Under the pieces are notes generated by a model. The model ran no database searches, was not told the origin of the DNA, and saw nothing but the letters and a program-made list of their open reading frames with translations. The position numbers and the translations under genes are program-made. From the NCBI GenBank assembly GCA_963729715.1, contig CAVSPA010000006.1:416001-480000 (forward strand): DNA of 64,000 nucleotides, given 5' to 3'. Shown piece by piece: positions 10,041 through 20,184 of this stretch (positions are counted from its first letter, which is position 1; every line of letters starts with the position of its first letter). This stretch comes from an uncultured delta proteobacterium (GTDB taxonomy: Bacteria; Desulfobacterota; Syntrophia; Syntrophales; UBA2185).

Positions 10041-11213
10041 ATGATTCAACGGTTGAATTATCGGAGTTTATTGATGTTTTTTGTTGTTATGGCTCTGGGA
10101 GCTTTCATCGTCTCCTGCGGGGCCAAAGCGGTGAAGCCTGTAAGCGAAATGGATACACCCGAGCATCATTTTTATACAGGCATGAAATTCCTCGATCAGA
10201 AGATGTATCCTGATGCCAAGGGAGAATTTGATCGGGCGATTGCACTCGACCCCAAGTACTCAAAGGCCTTTGCGGGAAATGGATTAGTTGCGGCCTATAT
10301 GGGAGAATTCAAGGCAGCGAATGAATCCATGAAGCAGGCCTGGAAATTTGCCAAGAAAGATGATGATAAGGTCTTCGTCCATGTGAGCAGGATAAGGTTC
10401 TATACACTGAGCAAAGCCGCAAAGGACTGGATCAAAGACGCCAAGAGCGAGTTTGACCAAGCCATAAAGATCGATCCCAAGTCTTCTGCCGCCTATTATT
10501 TTATGGGCATTGCCTACAAGACAGCGCTGGATTTCGCCAACGCGGGACAGATGTTCAAGCAGGTAATTGACTTTAACCGCGATTACGTCAACGAGGCGGA
10601 TGCTGAATGGAATCTGACACAGAAGATCCAGAGGGCCATGCCGGGGACAATTACGGGAAAGAAGATTGCGATACTAGAAAGGATCAACAGGGGTGACGCC
10701 GCCGCCCTCTTTATGGAGGAATTAAAGATTGACGTCCTCTATAAAAAGAGAACGGTAAAGACATTCGACACGTCCTTTAAGGACCCGGAAAAGATGAAGG
10801 CACAGGCGAGCGCTCCGGCGATAACGGCTATGGATATTGCAAATTATCCCTTGAAAGCGGATATCGAAGGAATTCTCCGCATAGGCGTTCGCGGCTTGGA
10901 GGTTTATCCTGACGGCTCATTTCACCCGAATGACATGGTAGATCGCGCTACCTACGCCATGATGATCGAAGACATATTGATCAAAGTGTCGGGAGACAAT
11001 TCTCTTGCGACAAAGTTTATCGGCAGTGCATCACCGTTCCCCGATCTGAGGTCCGATCTGCCTTACTTTAACGCAGTGATGGTTGTGACATCGAGAGGGA
11101 TTATGGAGGCCAAGGACCTTTCGAGCGGCGAGTTTGCACCCCTCGGTTCCGTGCCGGGCGTTGACGCCCTCTTGATTATCCGGAAACTGAAAGAAGAATT
11201 AAAAATATTCTAA
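10041..11213 (+). CDS. TPR-repeat lipoprotein with C-terminal S-layer-homology-like repeats
   Basis: Lipobox IVSC. TPR patterns (AIALDPKY, AIKIDPKSSAAYYFMG). SLH-like YPDGSFHPND..RATYA and FPDL..RGIM..GEFAP. Confidence 0.75.
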   Translation: MIQRLNYRSLLMFFVVMALGAFIVSCGAKAVKPVSEMDTPEHHFYTGMKFLDQKMYPDAKGEFDRAIALDPKYSKAFAGNGLVAAYMGEFKAANESMKQAWKFAKKDDDKVFVHVSRIRFYTLSKAAKDWIKDAKSEFDQAIKIDPKSSAAYYFMGIAYKTALDFANAGQMFKQVIDFNRDYVNEADAEWNLTQKIQRAMPGTITGKKIAILERINRGDAAALFMEELKIDVLYKKRTVKTFDTSFKDPEKMKAQASAPAITAMDIANYPLKADIEGILRIGVRGLEVYPDGSFHPNDMVDRATYAMMIEDILIKVSGDNSLATKFIGSASPFPDLRSDLPYFNAVMVVTSRGIMEAKDLSSGEFAPLGSVPGVDALLIIRKLKEELKIF

Positions 11214-11225
11214 CGGAGACGTTTC

Positions 11226-13883
11226 ATGGCTGAAAAGTCATTGGGCAAGGCTTATGAACCTCAGACATCGGAGGCCAGGTGGTACAAGTACTGGCTTGAC
11301 CGCGATTTATTCAGGGCCGAGGATTCAAGCGGGAAGCCCAAATTTTCCATTGTTATTCCTCCGCCGAATGTGACGGGCATGCTCCACATGGGGCATGCCT
11401 TGAACAACACGCTGCAAGACGTTATGACCAGGTACAGAAGGATGCAGGGTTATAACGCCCTCTGGATGCCGGGAACCGACCATGCGGGGATCGCGACGCA
11501 GAATGTCGTGGAACAGGAACTCGCGAAGGAAGGCATCACGAGGCATGATTTGGGCAGAGAGAAATTCATTGACCGCGTGTGGGAATGGAAGAAGAAGTAC
11601 GGCGGGGTCATCATCAATCAGTTAAAGAGGCTGGGCTGTTCCTGCGACTGGTCGAGAGAAGCCTTCACCATGGATGAGAAACGATCCAAGTCCGTAAGAG
11701 AAGTCTTTGTGCGTCTATACAACGACGGGCTCATCTACCGTGGCGACTATATCGTCAACTGGTGCACGCGATGCCGCACGGCCATATCGGACCTCGAAGT
11801 GGAATACGAAGAGAAGGAAGGCGCGCTCTGGGAGATCAGGTACCCTTACCGAGACGGCAAGGGTGACATCGTGGTTGCCACCACGCGTCCGGAGACTATG
11901 CTAGGGGATACGGCGGTTGCCGTCAACCCTGAGGACAAGAGGTACAAGGACAAGATAGGGAAGAAAGTGATCCTGCCTCTCGTGAACCGGGTCATACCGG
12001 TGATTGCCGACAGTCATGTGAGTGTGGAGTTCGGTTCGGGAGCAGTGAAAATTACGCCCTCCTCCGATCCGAATGACTTTGCCATAGCAGAGCGGCATCA
12101 TCTCGAAATCATAAACATCATTGATGGCAACGGAGCCATCAATGAAAATGGCGGCGTCTATCAGGGGCAGGACCGTTACGAGGCGAGAGAGAATATTCTT
12201 CGTGACCTCGAAAAAGGTGGATACCTCTTAGGGAAGAAGCCTTACAGCCATAATGTCGGCCAATGCTATCGCTGCAAGACGGACATCGAGCCCATGGTCT
12301 CCGCACAGTGGTTCGTGAAGATAAAACCCTTGGCGAAGACGGCGACTGCGGCGGTGATAAAAGGGAAGACAAGAATCCTGCCCTCTATGTGGGAAAGCAC
12401 ATACTTCGAGTGGATGAACAACATAAGGGACTGGTGCATTTCGAGACAGATCTGGTGGGGCCACAGGATACCCGTTTGGTATTGCGGGAACTGCGGAAAA
12501 GAAATCGTCACGACCATAGATCCCGTTGAATGCCCGAACTGCGGAGGCAGCAACCTCCGGCAGGAGGAAGATGTTCTTGATACATGGTTCAGCTCCGCCC
12601 TCTGGCCTTTTTCAACGCTTGGATGGCCCGTGAAGACAGAGTCCTTAAAGACATTTTATCCCACATCGCTCCTCATCACAGGGTTTGACATACTCTTCTT
12701 CTGGGTGGCTCGAATGATGATGATGGGGCTCTACGTGATGAAGGACGTTCCTTTCAAGGATGTCTATCTCCATGCCCTGGTGCGCGATGAGCAGGGAGAC
12801 AAGATGAGCAAATCCAAGGGGAATAGTATTGATCCTCTCGAGATGATCGATAAGTTCGGCGCGGATGCCTTCAGGTTTACCATGGTGGCGCTGACAGCCC
12901 AGGGCAGGGATATCAGGATGTCGGAGGAGCGCATTGCGGGCTGCAAGCATTTCGTAAACAAGATATGGAACGCGACGCGCTTTGCCCTTATGAACCTCGA
13001 TGATTACTCGGCTTCGGGGGCTCAGATCCGCAAGGAAGATGAATCCCTTGCCGACAGATGGATTAAGCATCGCCTGAATATAACAGCTTCGGAAGTTATC
13101 AAATCCCTCGATGAGTATCGTTTCAACGATGCTGCATCAGTCATCTATCAGTTTATCTGGCATGAACTCTGTGACTGGTACCTGGAGCTCGTCAAGCCCG
13201 AGCTTTATGGGAAAGGCAAACAGGAGAAGAGGCGCGCGGCGCAGCACACCCTCTATGCGGTCATGATGTCTTCCCTGAAGATGCTTCATCCCATCATGCC
13301 TTTTGTTACAGAGGAGATTTGGCAGACCCTAGTGGGCGACGGGACTTCGATCATGGTGAGTGAATTTCCCGCACCCGAGGACGCTTTCCATGACCCTGTC
13401 GCGGATAGGCAGATGAGCGCCATCATGGACACGATCACTTCTGTCCGAAACATCAGGGGTGAGATGAATATTGCGCCATCGAAAAAATTAAAGGTCGCAG
13501 TCTCCGCGCCCGATGAGGAATCGCGGGCGATCATGGAAATCGGCGGCAGCTATATTACCAACCTGGCTAATATCGAGGCATTGACCATGACCGCAAATGG
13601 AGAAGATCCGAAGAATGCCGCTACCGGCGTTGTCGGCACCATGCGGATATATGTGCTTCTCGAAGGCGTGGTAGACTTTGCCGGGGAGATGAAGAGACTT
13701 GAGAAGGAGATGGCCAAGGTGGATAAAGACCTCGCGGCGATTTCGAAAAAACTCGCCAATCGTGATTTCATGGCGAAGGCATCAAGGGCAATTGTGGAGA
13801 AGGAAGAAGAAAAGTTCAGGGAAGTAAGAGAGAAGCATTCTGTCCTCGCGGCAGCCATGAACAGACTTCAGAAGATGAATTAA
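11226..13883 (+). CDS. valS: Valine--tRNA ligase
   Basis: PPPNVTGMLHMGH, GTDHAGIATQ, DWCISRQIWWGH, KMSKS and a C-terminal coiled coil. Confidence 0.99.
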   Translation: MAEKSLGKAYEPQTSEARWYKYWLDRDLFRAEDSSGKPKFSIVIPPPNVTGMLHMGHALNNTLQDVMTRYRRMQGYNALWMPGTDHAGIATQNVVEQELAKEGITRHDLGREKFIDRVWEWKKKYGGVIINQLKRLGCSCDWSREAFTMDEKRSKSVREVFVRLYNDGLIYRGDYIVNWCTRCRTAISDLEVEYEEKEGALWEIRYPYRDGKGDIVVATTRPETMLGDTAVAVNPEDKRYKDKIGKKVILPLVNRVIPVIADSHVSVEFGSGAVKITPSSDPNDFAIAERHHLEIINIIDGNGAINENGGVYQGQDRYEARENILRDLEKGGYLLGKKPYSHNVGQCYRCKTDIEPMVSAQWFVKIKPLAKTATAAVIKGKTRILPSMWESTYFEWMNNIRDWCISRQIWWGHRIPVWYCGNCGKEIVTTIDPVECPNCGGSNLRQEEDVLDTWFSSALWPFSTLGWPVKTESLKTFYPTSLLITGFDILFFWVARMMMMGLYVMKDVPFKDVYLHALVRDEQGDKMSKSKGNSIDPLEMIDKFGADAFRFTMVALTAQGRDIRMSEERIAGCKHFVNKIWNATRFALMNLDDYSASGAQIRKEDESLADRWIKHRLNITASEVIKSLDEYRFNDAASVIYQFIWHELCDWYLELVKPELYGKGKQEKRRAAQHTLYAVMMSSLKMLHPIMPFVTEEIWQTLVGDGTSIMVSEFPAPEDAFHDPVADRQMSAIMDTITSVRNIRGEMNIAPSKKLKVAVSAPDEESRAIMEIGGSYITNLANIEALTMTANGEDPKNAATGVVGTMRIYVLLEGVVDFAGEMKRLEKEMAKVDKDLAAISKKLANRDFMAKASRAIVEKEEEKFREVREKHSVLAAAMNRLQKMN

Positions 13884-13923
13884 AAGAGCAGCGCATCAAA
13901 AACCTCTGAATATCCTTATCATC

Positions 13924-14757
13924 ATGTTACAAAAGCATATCATAAGCAAGATAGTACAGTCGGCAATTGAAGAAGACGCCGGTGAGGCGGATGTAACGAC
14001 GGCGGCGGTACTTACAGGTGAAGAGACCGGCAAGGCCCGGGCTCTCGCCAAATCCGCCGTTGTTGTGGCGGGCATTGATGTTTTCAAAGAGACCTTTCTT
14101 TTTCTCGATCCAGGCATGCAATTTAAATGCTACTGTAAAGATGGAGATATAGTGGAGAAGGGCGGGTGTCTCGCGGAGATATCAGGGAATCTCAGCAGAA
14201 TGCTTACGGCCGAGAGGGTAGCCCTCAACTTTTTTCAACGGATGAGCGGTATTGCCACGCTCACGAGACGATATGTCGATGAAGTCAAGGGAACAAAAGC
14301 AAAGATCCTCGACACGAGAAAAACAGCGCCGGGGCTACGCTATCTTGACAAGTATGCTGTGAGGATCGGCGGCGGTCATAATCATCGATTCGGTCTCTAT
14401 GACGGCGTCCTTATCAAAGACAACCACATTGCTGCGGCGGGCAGCATATCGCAGGCGCTGGCCATGGTCCGCGGACGCCTGCCCCACACACTGAAGGTGG
14501 AAATTGAAGTAAAAAATCTTCAGGAACTTGGGGAAGCCATAAACTCCGGGGCAGATGTGATAATGTTAGACAACATGTCTCTCTCGGATATGGGAAAGGC
14601 CGTTGCAGCGGCGGGCGGCAGAGTGCCGCTGGAGGCGTCCGGTAATGTTACCCTTGCCAACGTGCGAAAGATCGCCGAAACCGGCGTTGACTTCATATCC
14701 GTGGGGGCTCTCACTCATTCGGTAGCGGCATCCGATATATCATTGAAGATCGAATAA
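13924..14757 (+). CDS. nadC: Nicotinate-nucleotide diphosphorylase (carboxylating)
   Basis: DTRKTAPG, HRFGLYDGVLIKDNH, IMLDN and SVGALTHS. Confidence 0.97.
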   Translation: MLQKHIISKIVQSAIEEDAGEADVTTAAVLTGEETGKARALAKSAVVVAGIDVFKETFLFLDPGMQFKCYCKDGDIVEKGGCLAEISGNLSRMLTAERVALNFFQRMSGIATLTRRYVDEVKGTKAKILDTRKTAPGLRYLDKYAVRIGGGHNHRFGLYDGVLIKDNHIAAAGSISQALAMVRGRLPHTLKVEIEVKNLQELGEAINSGADVIMLDNMSLSDMGKAVAAAGGRVPLEASGNVTLANVRKIAETGVDFISVGALTHSVAASDISLKIE

Positions 14758-14778
14758 GCCGCCGCTTTAATCAACACA

Positions 14779-15573
14779 ATGGATTTTAATGAGAAAAATC
14801 TGGCTATCCGTCTCGCGGGGAAGCGGATAGGAAATAATATCCACTTTTTTCCGGAGGTCGAGTCAACCAACGACGTTCTCTTCAGACTCGCCTGTGACGG
14901 CGCTCCTCACGGGACTGTCGTTATCGCGGAATGCCAGACGAAGGGGAAGGGCCGCCTGAACAGAGAGTGGCAGTCTCCCCCGGGCTGTAATATCTATGCC
15001 TCCATCGTGCTGAGGCCGCCCATAGAGCCCGTCTATGCCCCCCAGATCACGCTCATGACGGGCGTTGCCGTTGCTGAACTCTTATCCGGGTATTGCACCG
15101 GAGCTGTAAATCTCAAATGGCCGAACGACGTCCAGATCGGAGGCAAAAAGGTTTGCGGCATACTGGCGGAGATGAACGCTTCTTCCGGAGACAGTGTGGA
15201 TTTTGTCGTCGTAGGGATCGGCATCAATGTCAATATTAGGAAAAATGATTTTGATGAATCGATCCGCGATCTAGCAACGTCCCTTGCGGAAGAAGTGGGG
15301 GAAAATATTTCACGCCTTGATCTCGCGGCAGATTTGTTCGCTAAGTTCGATGATCTGTATACCCGGCTCCTGAACTCTGGATTTGGCTCCATTAAGGATG
15401 CGTGGCTCTCATACTGCGACATGGTCGGAAAGCAGGTGCGGTTGATATTCAGGAATGACAAAGAGTCGGGGAAGGTCCTCGGTATTGATGATTTTGGCGC
15501 TCTTGTGATTTCAGATGAAGAAGGAAAGACAAAAAGGGTAATGGCCGGCGATGCCTCCGTGATGAAGGAATAG
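14779..15573 (+). CDS. birA: Biotin--protein ligase (no N-terminal HTH)
   Basis: STN, QTKGKGRLNREW, KWPND, KKVCGIL and GIGIN. Confidence 0.95.
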   Translation: MDFNEKNLAIRLAGKRIGNNIHFFPEVESTNDVLFRLACDGAPHGTVVIAECQTKGKGRLNREWQSPPGCNIYASIVLRPPIEPVYAPQITLMTGVAVAELLSGYCTGAVNLKWPNDVQIGGKKVCGILAEMNASSGDSVDFVVVGIGINVNIRKNDFDESIRDLATSLAEEVGENISRLDLAADLFAKFDDLYTRLLNSGFGSIKDAWLSYCDMVGKQVRLIFRNDKESGKVLGIDDFGALVISDEEGKTKRVMAGDASVMKE

Positions 15574-15642
15574 ACGCACCATATGGTGGGGAGCGGGAAC
15601 CGGGGTTGTCGCAGGTAATGCTTCATAGCGAGGGTTTGACAT

Positions 15643-16413
15643 ATGCTTCTGGTTATAGATGTTGGAAATACCAATACCGTTCTGGGTCTCTATGATGGGG
15701 ATCAACTCGTCCATGACTGGCGGGTAAGGACCGTTGTTGATCATACCGTTGACGAATACGGTATGCTGATCTACAATCTTTACAAGAACAGCAAGGTCAG
15801 GCCGAGGGAGATCAAGGATATCATCATTTCATGCGTTGTTCCTACGATGCTCAACATCCTGGAGCCTCTCTGCGAAAAATATTTCAATGTCAAGCCTCTG
15901 ATAGTGGGGCCGGGCATCAAAACGGGAATGCCTATCCTGTATGATAATCCGAAAGAAGTGGGGGCAGACAGGATCGTCAACGCCGTTGCCGCATACGACA
16001 AATACGGAGGGGATATCATAATCGTCGATTTCGGCACCGCCACTACCTTCGACTATGTATCAAAGAAAGGTGAATACATGGGCGGATGCATATCGCCGGG
16101 CATCATGATAGCGAGTGAGGCCCTCTTCAGCAAGGCGGCAAAACTTCCGAGGGTGGAAATCGCAAGACCCAAATCTGTCATCGGCAAGGACACCGTAAGC
16201 AGCATGCAGGCAGGCATATTGTTCGGTTACGCCGGCCTCGTGGACGGCCTTGTCGGCCGGATCAAAGCGGAAGTGGCGTCGGATGCGAAGGTCATAGCGA
16301 CGGGCGGACTCGCGAATATCATCTCTCCGGAAACGAAAAGTATAAACATCGTCGATGAGATGCTGACGCTCGAAGGGCTCCGGATTCTCCATAAACGAAA
16401 TAGCGAGCAGTAA
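15643..16413 (+). CDS. coaX: Type III pantothenate kinase
   Basis: IDVGNTN, EVGADR, DFGTATT and ATGG. Confidence 0.97.
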   Translation: MLLVIDVGNTNTVLGLYDGDQLVHDWRVRTVVDHTVDEYGMLIYNLYKNSKVRPREIKDIIISCVVPTMLNILEPLCEKYFNVKPLIVGPGIKTGMPILYDNPKEVGADRIVNAVAAYDKYGGDIIIVDFGTATTFDYVSKKGEYMGGCISPGIMIASEALFSKAAKLPRVEIARPKSVIGKDTVSSMQAGILFGYAGLVDGLVGRIKAEVASDAKVIATGGLANIISPETKSINIVDEMLTLEGLRILHKRNSEQ

Positions 16414-16418
16414 TAAGG

Positions 16419-16497
16419 TGTCATATCGACCGAAGGGAGATATCTTTTAGGTTTAACCACGCTACTAAGATTTCTCGCTGCACTGGTCGAAATGACA
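16419..16497. repeat. REP-like palindromic element, copy 1
   Basis: Ends tgtcatatcgacc...ggtcgaaatgaca are inverted repeats. A related copy lies in opposite orientation at 26936-27007. Confidence 0.75.
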
Positions 16498-16560
16498 ATA
16501 GTATTCATGTCATCCGTGTAAAAAGTTTCATTTCGACCTTATTCTCGGCGGCACAAGCAT

Positions 16561-17178
16561 ATGCTGAACGTGGGCTTGACAGGCGGCATCGCCTCAGGAA
16601 AGTCAACCGTAGCGAAGATGTTCGAAGATAAAGGCGCCTATCTCATCGACTTCGATGCGCTCGCGCACTTCGCAGAAGAACCGGAACAACCGGGATGGAA
16701 GGCTATCATAGAGTTTTTCGGAACAGATATCCTGAACGAGGATGAGACAATCAACAGGGCAAAGCTCGGCCAGATCGTATTTGCAGATCAGGAGAAGCTC
16801 TTGAGGCTTAACAGCATCGTTCACCCTGCCGTTTTCGACCTGTGGCGGCGGAGGATAGAAGATATCCGAGAAATGAATCCGCGCGCCATTGTTGTATCCG
16901 ATGTTCCCCTCCTTATAGAAGTAAGCATGCAGCATCTGTTTGATATTGTCATCTTAGTCTATGTTTCTCCCGAAGATCAGGTCAGACGTTTGCAGGAAAG
17001 AAACGAATACAGCCGCAAAGAAGCTGAAAGCAGGCTGGACACACAGATGCCTATCGAAGAAAAGATCCCGCATGCGGATTTTGTCATCGACAACAAAGGC
17101 CCACGTGAAACTACCCGGTCCGTTGTCAATGCCGTATGGGACGAGCTTCTCGTGCGGGAAAGGAAGAATCTCATCTAG
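16561..17178 (+). CDS. coaE: Dephospho-CoA kinase
   Basis: GLTGGIASGKST, LNSIVHP, DVPLL and ADFVIDN. Confidence 0.97.
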   Translation: MLNVGLTGGIASGKSTVAKMFEDKGAYLIDFDALAHFAEEPEQPGWKAIIEFFGTDILNEDETINRAKLGQIVFADQEKLLRLNSIVHPAVFDLWRRRIEDIREMNPRAIVVSDVPLLIEVSMQHLFDIVILVYVSPEDQVRRLQERNEYSRKEAESRLDTQMPIEEKIPHADFVIDNKGPRETTRSVVNAVWDELLVRERKNLI

Positions 17179-17276
17179 CACTATTACTCCGGCATATTAT
17201 TATGTCAATTCTGTCATTCCCGAGGAATAGGGAGTCCAGCTAAGATACCGGATGCCGGCTCAAATACGGAGGCAAG

Positions 17277-17891
17277 ATGATAGAAAAAAATGTCATTGCG
17301 GATTTTTGCAAAAAGGTTTCGGAACCGGTTATCGATCCATCCACGTATGTGCATCCACTGGCCGCCGTCGTCGGCAATGTGATTCTGGGCAGGAATATCA
17401 TGGTTTCTCCCATGGCGTCCATCCGCGGCGATGAAGGTCAGCCGCTCTCCATCGGCGACGATTCGAACGTCCAGGACGGTGTCGTAATCCACGCCCTGGA
17501 GACGGAGATGAACGGTAAACCCGTCGAAAAAAACCTGTACGATATCGGCGGCCGGAGGTACGCCGTTTACGTGGGAAGCCGTGTTTCCTTAGCCCACCAG
17601 GTGCAGATCCACGGACCGGCCGTTGTCATGGATGATACTTTTGTCGGCATGAAGTCCCTCGTATTCAAGTCCTTCGTCGGAAAGAAATGTGTGATCGAGC
17701 CCGGCGTCATCCTCATGGGCGTCACAGTGCCCGATGGGCGCTACATTCCTGCCGGTTCCGTTATTAGAGAGCAGGGCAAGGCCGATCAGCTTCCGCCAAT
17801 TACGGACGTTTATCCGTTGAAAGACATGAACAAGGGAGTCCTTCACGTCAACAAAGCCCTTGCCAAAGGATATTTGTCAGCGAAGAAGTAA
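17277..17891 (+). CDS. Gamma-class (Cam-type) carbonic anhydrase
   Basis: Hexapeptide repeats, SIRGDE, SNVQDGVVIH and SLAHQVQIHGP (three His metal ligands). Confidence 0.88.
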   Translation: MIEKNVIADFCKKVSEPVIDPSTYVHPLAAVVGNVILGRNIMVSPMASIRGDEGQPLSIGDDSNVQDGVVIHALETEMNGKPVEKNLYDIGGRRYAVYVGSRVSLAHQVQIHGPAVVMDDTFVGMKSLVFKSFVGKKCVIEPGVILMGVTVPDGRYIPAGSVIREQGKADQLPPITDVYPLKDMNKGVLHVNKALAKGYLSAKK

Positions 17892-17944
17892 GTCAAACGG
17901 TGCTATCTTGCAATGCCTGTTCAAAGGTGTCTGAAGAAGATCAC

Positions 17945-18733
17945 ATGAGCACGAGATTACCTTTTTCGATATTGATGCTGCTCTTCGCGGCAACATGCGC
18001 GTTTGGAGCGTCGTGCGAAAGAGAAAACTTTAAGACCAAGGTTTCCGGCGAGTCGGAATGTCTTTTGATGAGGCTGTACGGGTCCACTAATCCTACGACG
18101 ATGGTGGTCTGGCTTCATGGCAATATGACTTCGGGCAACCCTGCCAATTACCACTTTCCCATCGCAGAAAAGGCCGCAGTCGATTTTGCCTCTTACAATG
18201 TAATGTCTGTAGCTCTGGTTCGTCCCGGCTACCCTGATGGAAGTGGAGAATCGTCATCAGGTAATAACTATGGTCGTGGCGATAATTGGACACGGGCAAA
18301 CATCGAGGAGGTTGGTGCGGCAATCGAAAGGCTTCGAGTTGAGTACAAACCGGAAGCCGTAATAATTGTCGGCCATTCCGGTGGCGCAGCAATCTCCGCG
18401 GTGCTTCTGGGTATGAAACCGAGATTGGCTGAAGCGGCGATCCTGGTATCTTGCCCTTGTGATTTTTTCGGCTGGCGGGGGAGCAGAGGACACTTGCTCA
18501 GAAGTGAAGATCCCATTCAATGGCTCGATAAGGTGAGTGTGGCAGCCAAAGTGATAGCTCTAACTGGCACAAGAGATCGCACAACGCCCCCTGAATTGGG
18601 AAAAACATATGTAGAGCGATTGAAGGGGCGCGGCATCGATGCCATCTTTCAGCCTATTCCCGATGAGGAACATAGTGGCGCGCTGAGATCAGCCGCGGTC
18701 TCTGATGCCATTTCCAGATTTCTTCGCCTATGA
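17945..18733 (+). CDS. Exported alpha/beta hydrolase
   Basis: Signal peptide, WLHG, RPGY, nucleophile elbow GHSGG, then TGTRD and H. ATG 17945 preferred as start. Confidence 0.8.
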   Translation: MSTRLPFSILMLLFAATCAFGASCERENFKTKVSGESECLLMRLYGSTNPTTMVVWLHGNMTSGNPANYHFPIAEKAAVDFASYNVMSVALVRPGYPDGSGESSSGNNYGRGDNWTRANIEEVGAAIERLRVEYKPEAVIIVGHSGGAAISAVLLGMKPRLAEAAILVSCPCDFFGWRGSRGHLLRSEDPIQWLDKVSVAAKVIALTGTRDRTTPPELGKTYVERLKGRGIDAIFQPIPDEEHSGALRSAAVSDAISRFLRL

Positions 18734-19032
18734 TGCGACGATGCCAATCAACGGTTAGCAGAGCACACGAGAAAGTGAATGCGGAGATACATCATTGCAG
18801 GACCTGACCCCAAACACGCCTGGAATGCCATAAATCCCTCTATGGAAACCCCGTCTGACGGGCTATTGCCTTCTTCCTCCTGAAAGTTTTGAATTTGAAG
18901 ATTTTCTTAAATATACAATAGTTCAATTGGTAATCGATGAGATATCTCTTCACCATTGACCCAATAAAACAGCTTGTCAAATAGTGAAGAAGGGTTAGTC
19001 TACCAAAATTATGGTTTGCTTCCGAATGAAAT

Positions 19033-19557
19033 ATGAAAAGAGGTAAGGTAATGCAAAAATACAGGAGAATGACTTTTTGTATCATATGGTCTTCGATACT
19101 AATGTTGTCTGCGGGGTGTGCCGGTTCGCTTTTCAAAAATTATGGTGAGATATCACCGAACCAGGAAGTGACAAAAGCTTTTGAAACAGACCAGATCAAT
19201 ACCGAATATGATTATTATATCAGTGGCTCAGATGTCTATCCTAATGCAATAATAGGATTGGATAAGGCTTATACACTTGAGTCTGACCTGTGGAAGAAAG
19301 TAGAGATGACGCCAAAGAAACTCCATGAGCTTGTTACAGACATGAAGAATAAAGCCACCACTGTGAACGCAGCAATGCCGCTGTATGGATTTCTTATGTT
19401 TGACGACAAAAGAAATCAAATCGGGGTATGGTATTCCGTCCTCGAAGCAAAAAAATTCCTCAGAATGAAGGACAACCGACGGGTGATAATCTGGACACCA
19501 GAGATCGACACATATGAAAAACATGATCGTAACAGGTTTGTACCAGGGACCCCTTGA
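19033..19557 (+). CDS. Hypothetical lipoprotein
   Basis: 174-aa ORF with lipobox LSAGC. The start could be 19051. Confidence 0.7.
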   Translation: MKRGKVMQKYRRMTFCIIWSSILMLSAGCAGSLFKNYGEISPNQEVTKAFETDQINTEYDYYISGSDVYPNAIIGLDKAYTLESDLWKKVEMTPKKLHELVTDMKNKATTVNAAMPLYGFLMFDDKRNQIGVWYSVLEAKKFLRMKDNRRVIIWTPEIDTYEKHDRNRFVPGTP

Positions 19558-19602
19558 ATACTCCCCCTTTAAAGAAAGTGTATTCTAAAAGAAACCAATC
19601 TA

Positions 19603-19617
19603 TGGCACTGCCATTGC
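19603..19617 (+). promoter_or_regulatory. Sigma54 -24/-12-like sequence with no downstream ORF
   Basis: TGGCAC-TGCCA-TTGC inside the inverted repeat TATGGCA-N7-TGCCATA. Confidence 0.35.
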
Positions 19618-20184
19618 CATAAATATCAATAAATATTTCTAATCGTAACTATAAATTCTATGCTCTTGGATCTGCATAATATTTTTATCATATCTCTTGT
19701 TTTTCAATATTCATTATAACCCAAAACCGTTTCTTATTTTATCCCTTTATGTCCACTTCCCTTTGAAGCGCTACAGATTACAAGTACTGGGTTATGGACC
19801 CCACGATTCATGAAACCAATCTTATAAATAGGGCTAAGATTTCTTCATTTCAGATGGCAGTATACAACAAGATAGTATCATAGAATCTGTTGACTCGTAG
19901 TTGTCAATAACCGGAACATCTCATTTTTTCTTTGATCGTCATGGCACATTACGGGATAAAAGCTGCTATTCCTTGGCAGCTTATTCCCATCATGTGCAGC
20001 TTATGGCTACTTTCCTTGTAATGTTGTTTTTTCAATTTTGACATTCTACGGTACATTACAATCCGTAATCGTTATCCCTGAAAGACAAAAGGCAAAGCCA
20101 CTTCTGACCCTGCCTTTCTGCAATTGAATATTTTCTGTGCTTGGTTACTGCTTAAACTTTCTCCTGATCCACGCATTTCTTCTG

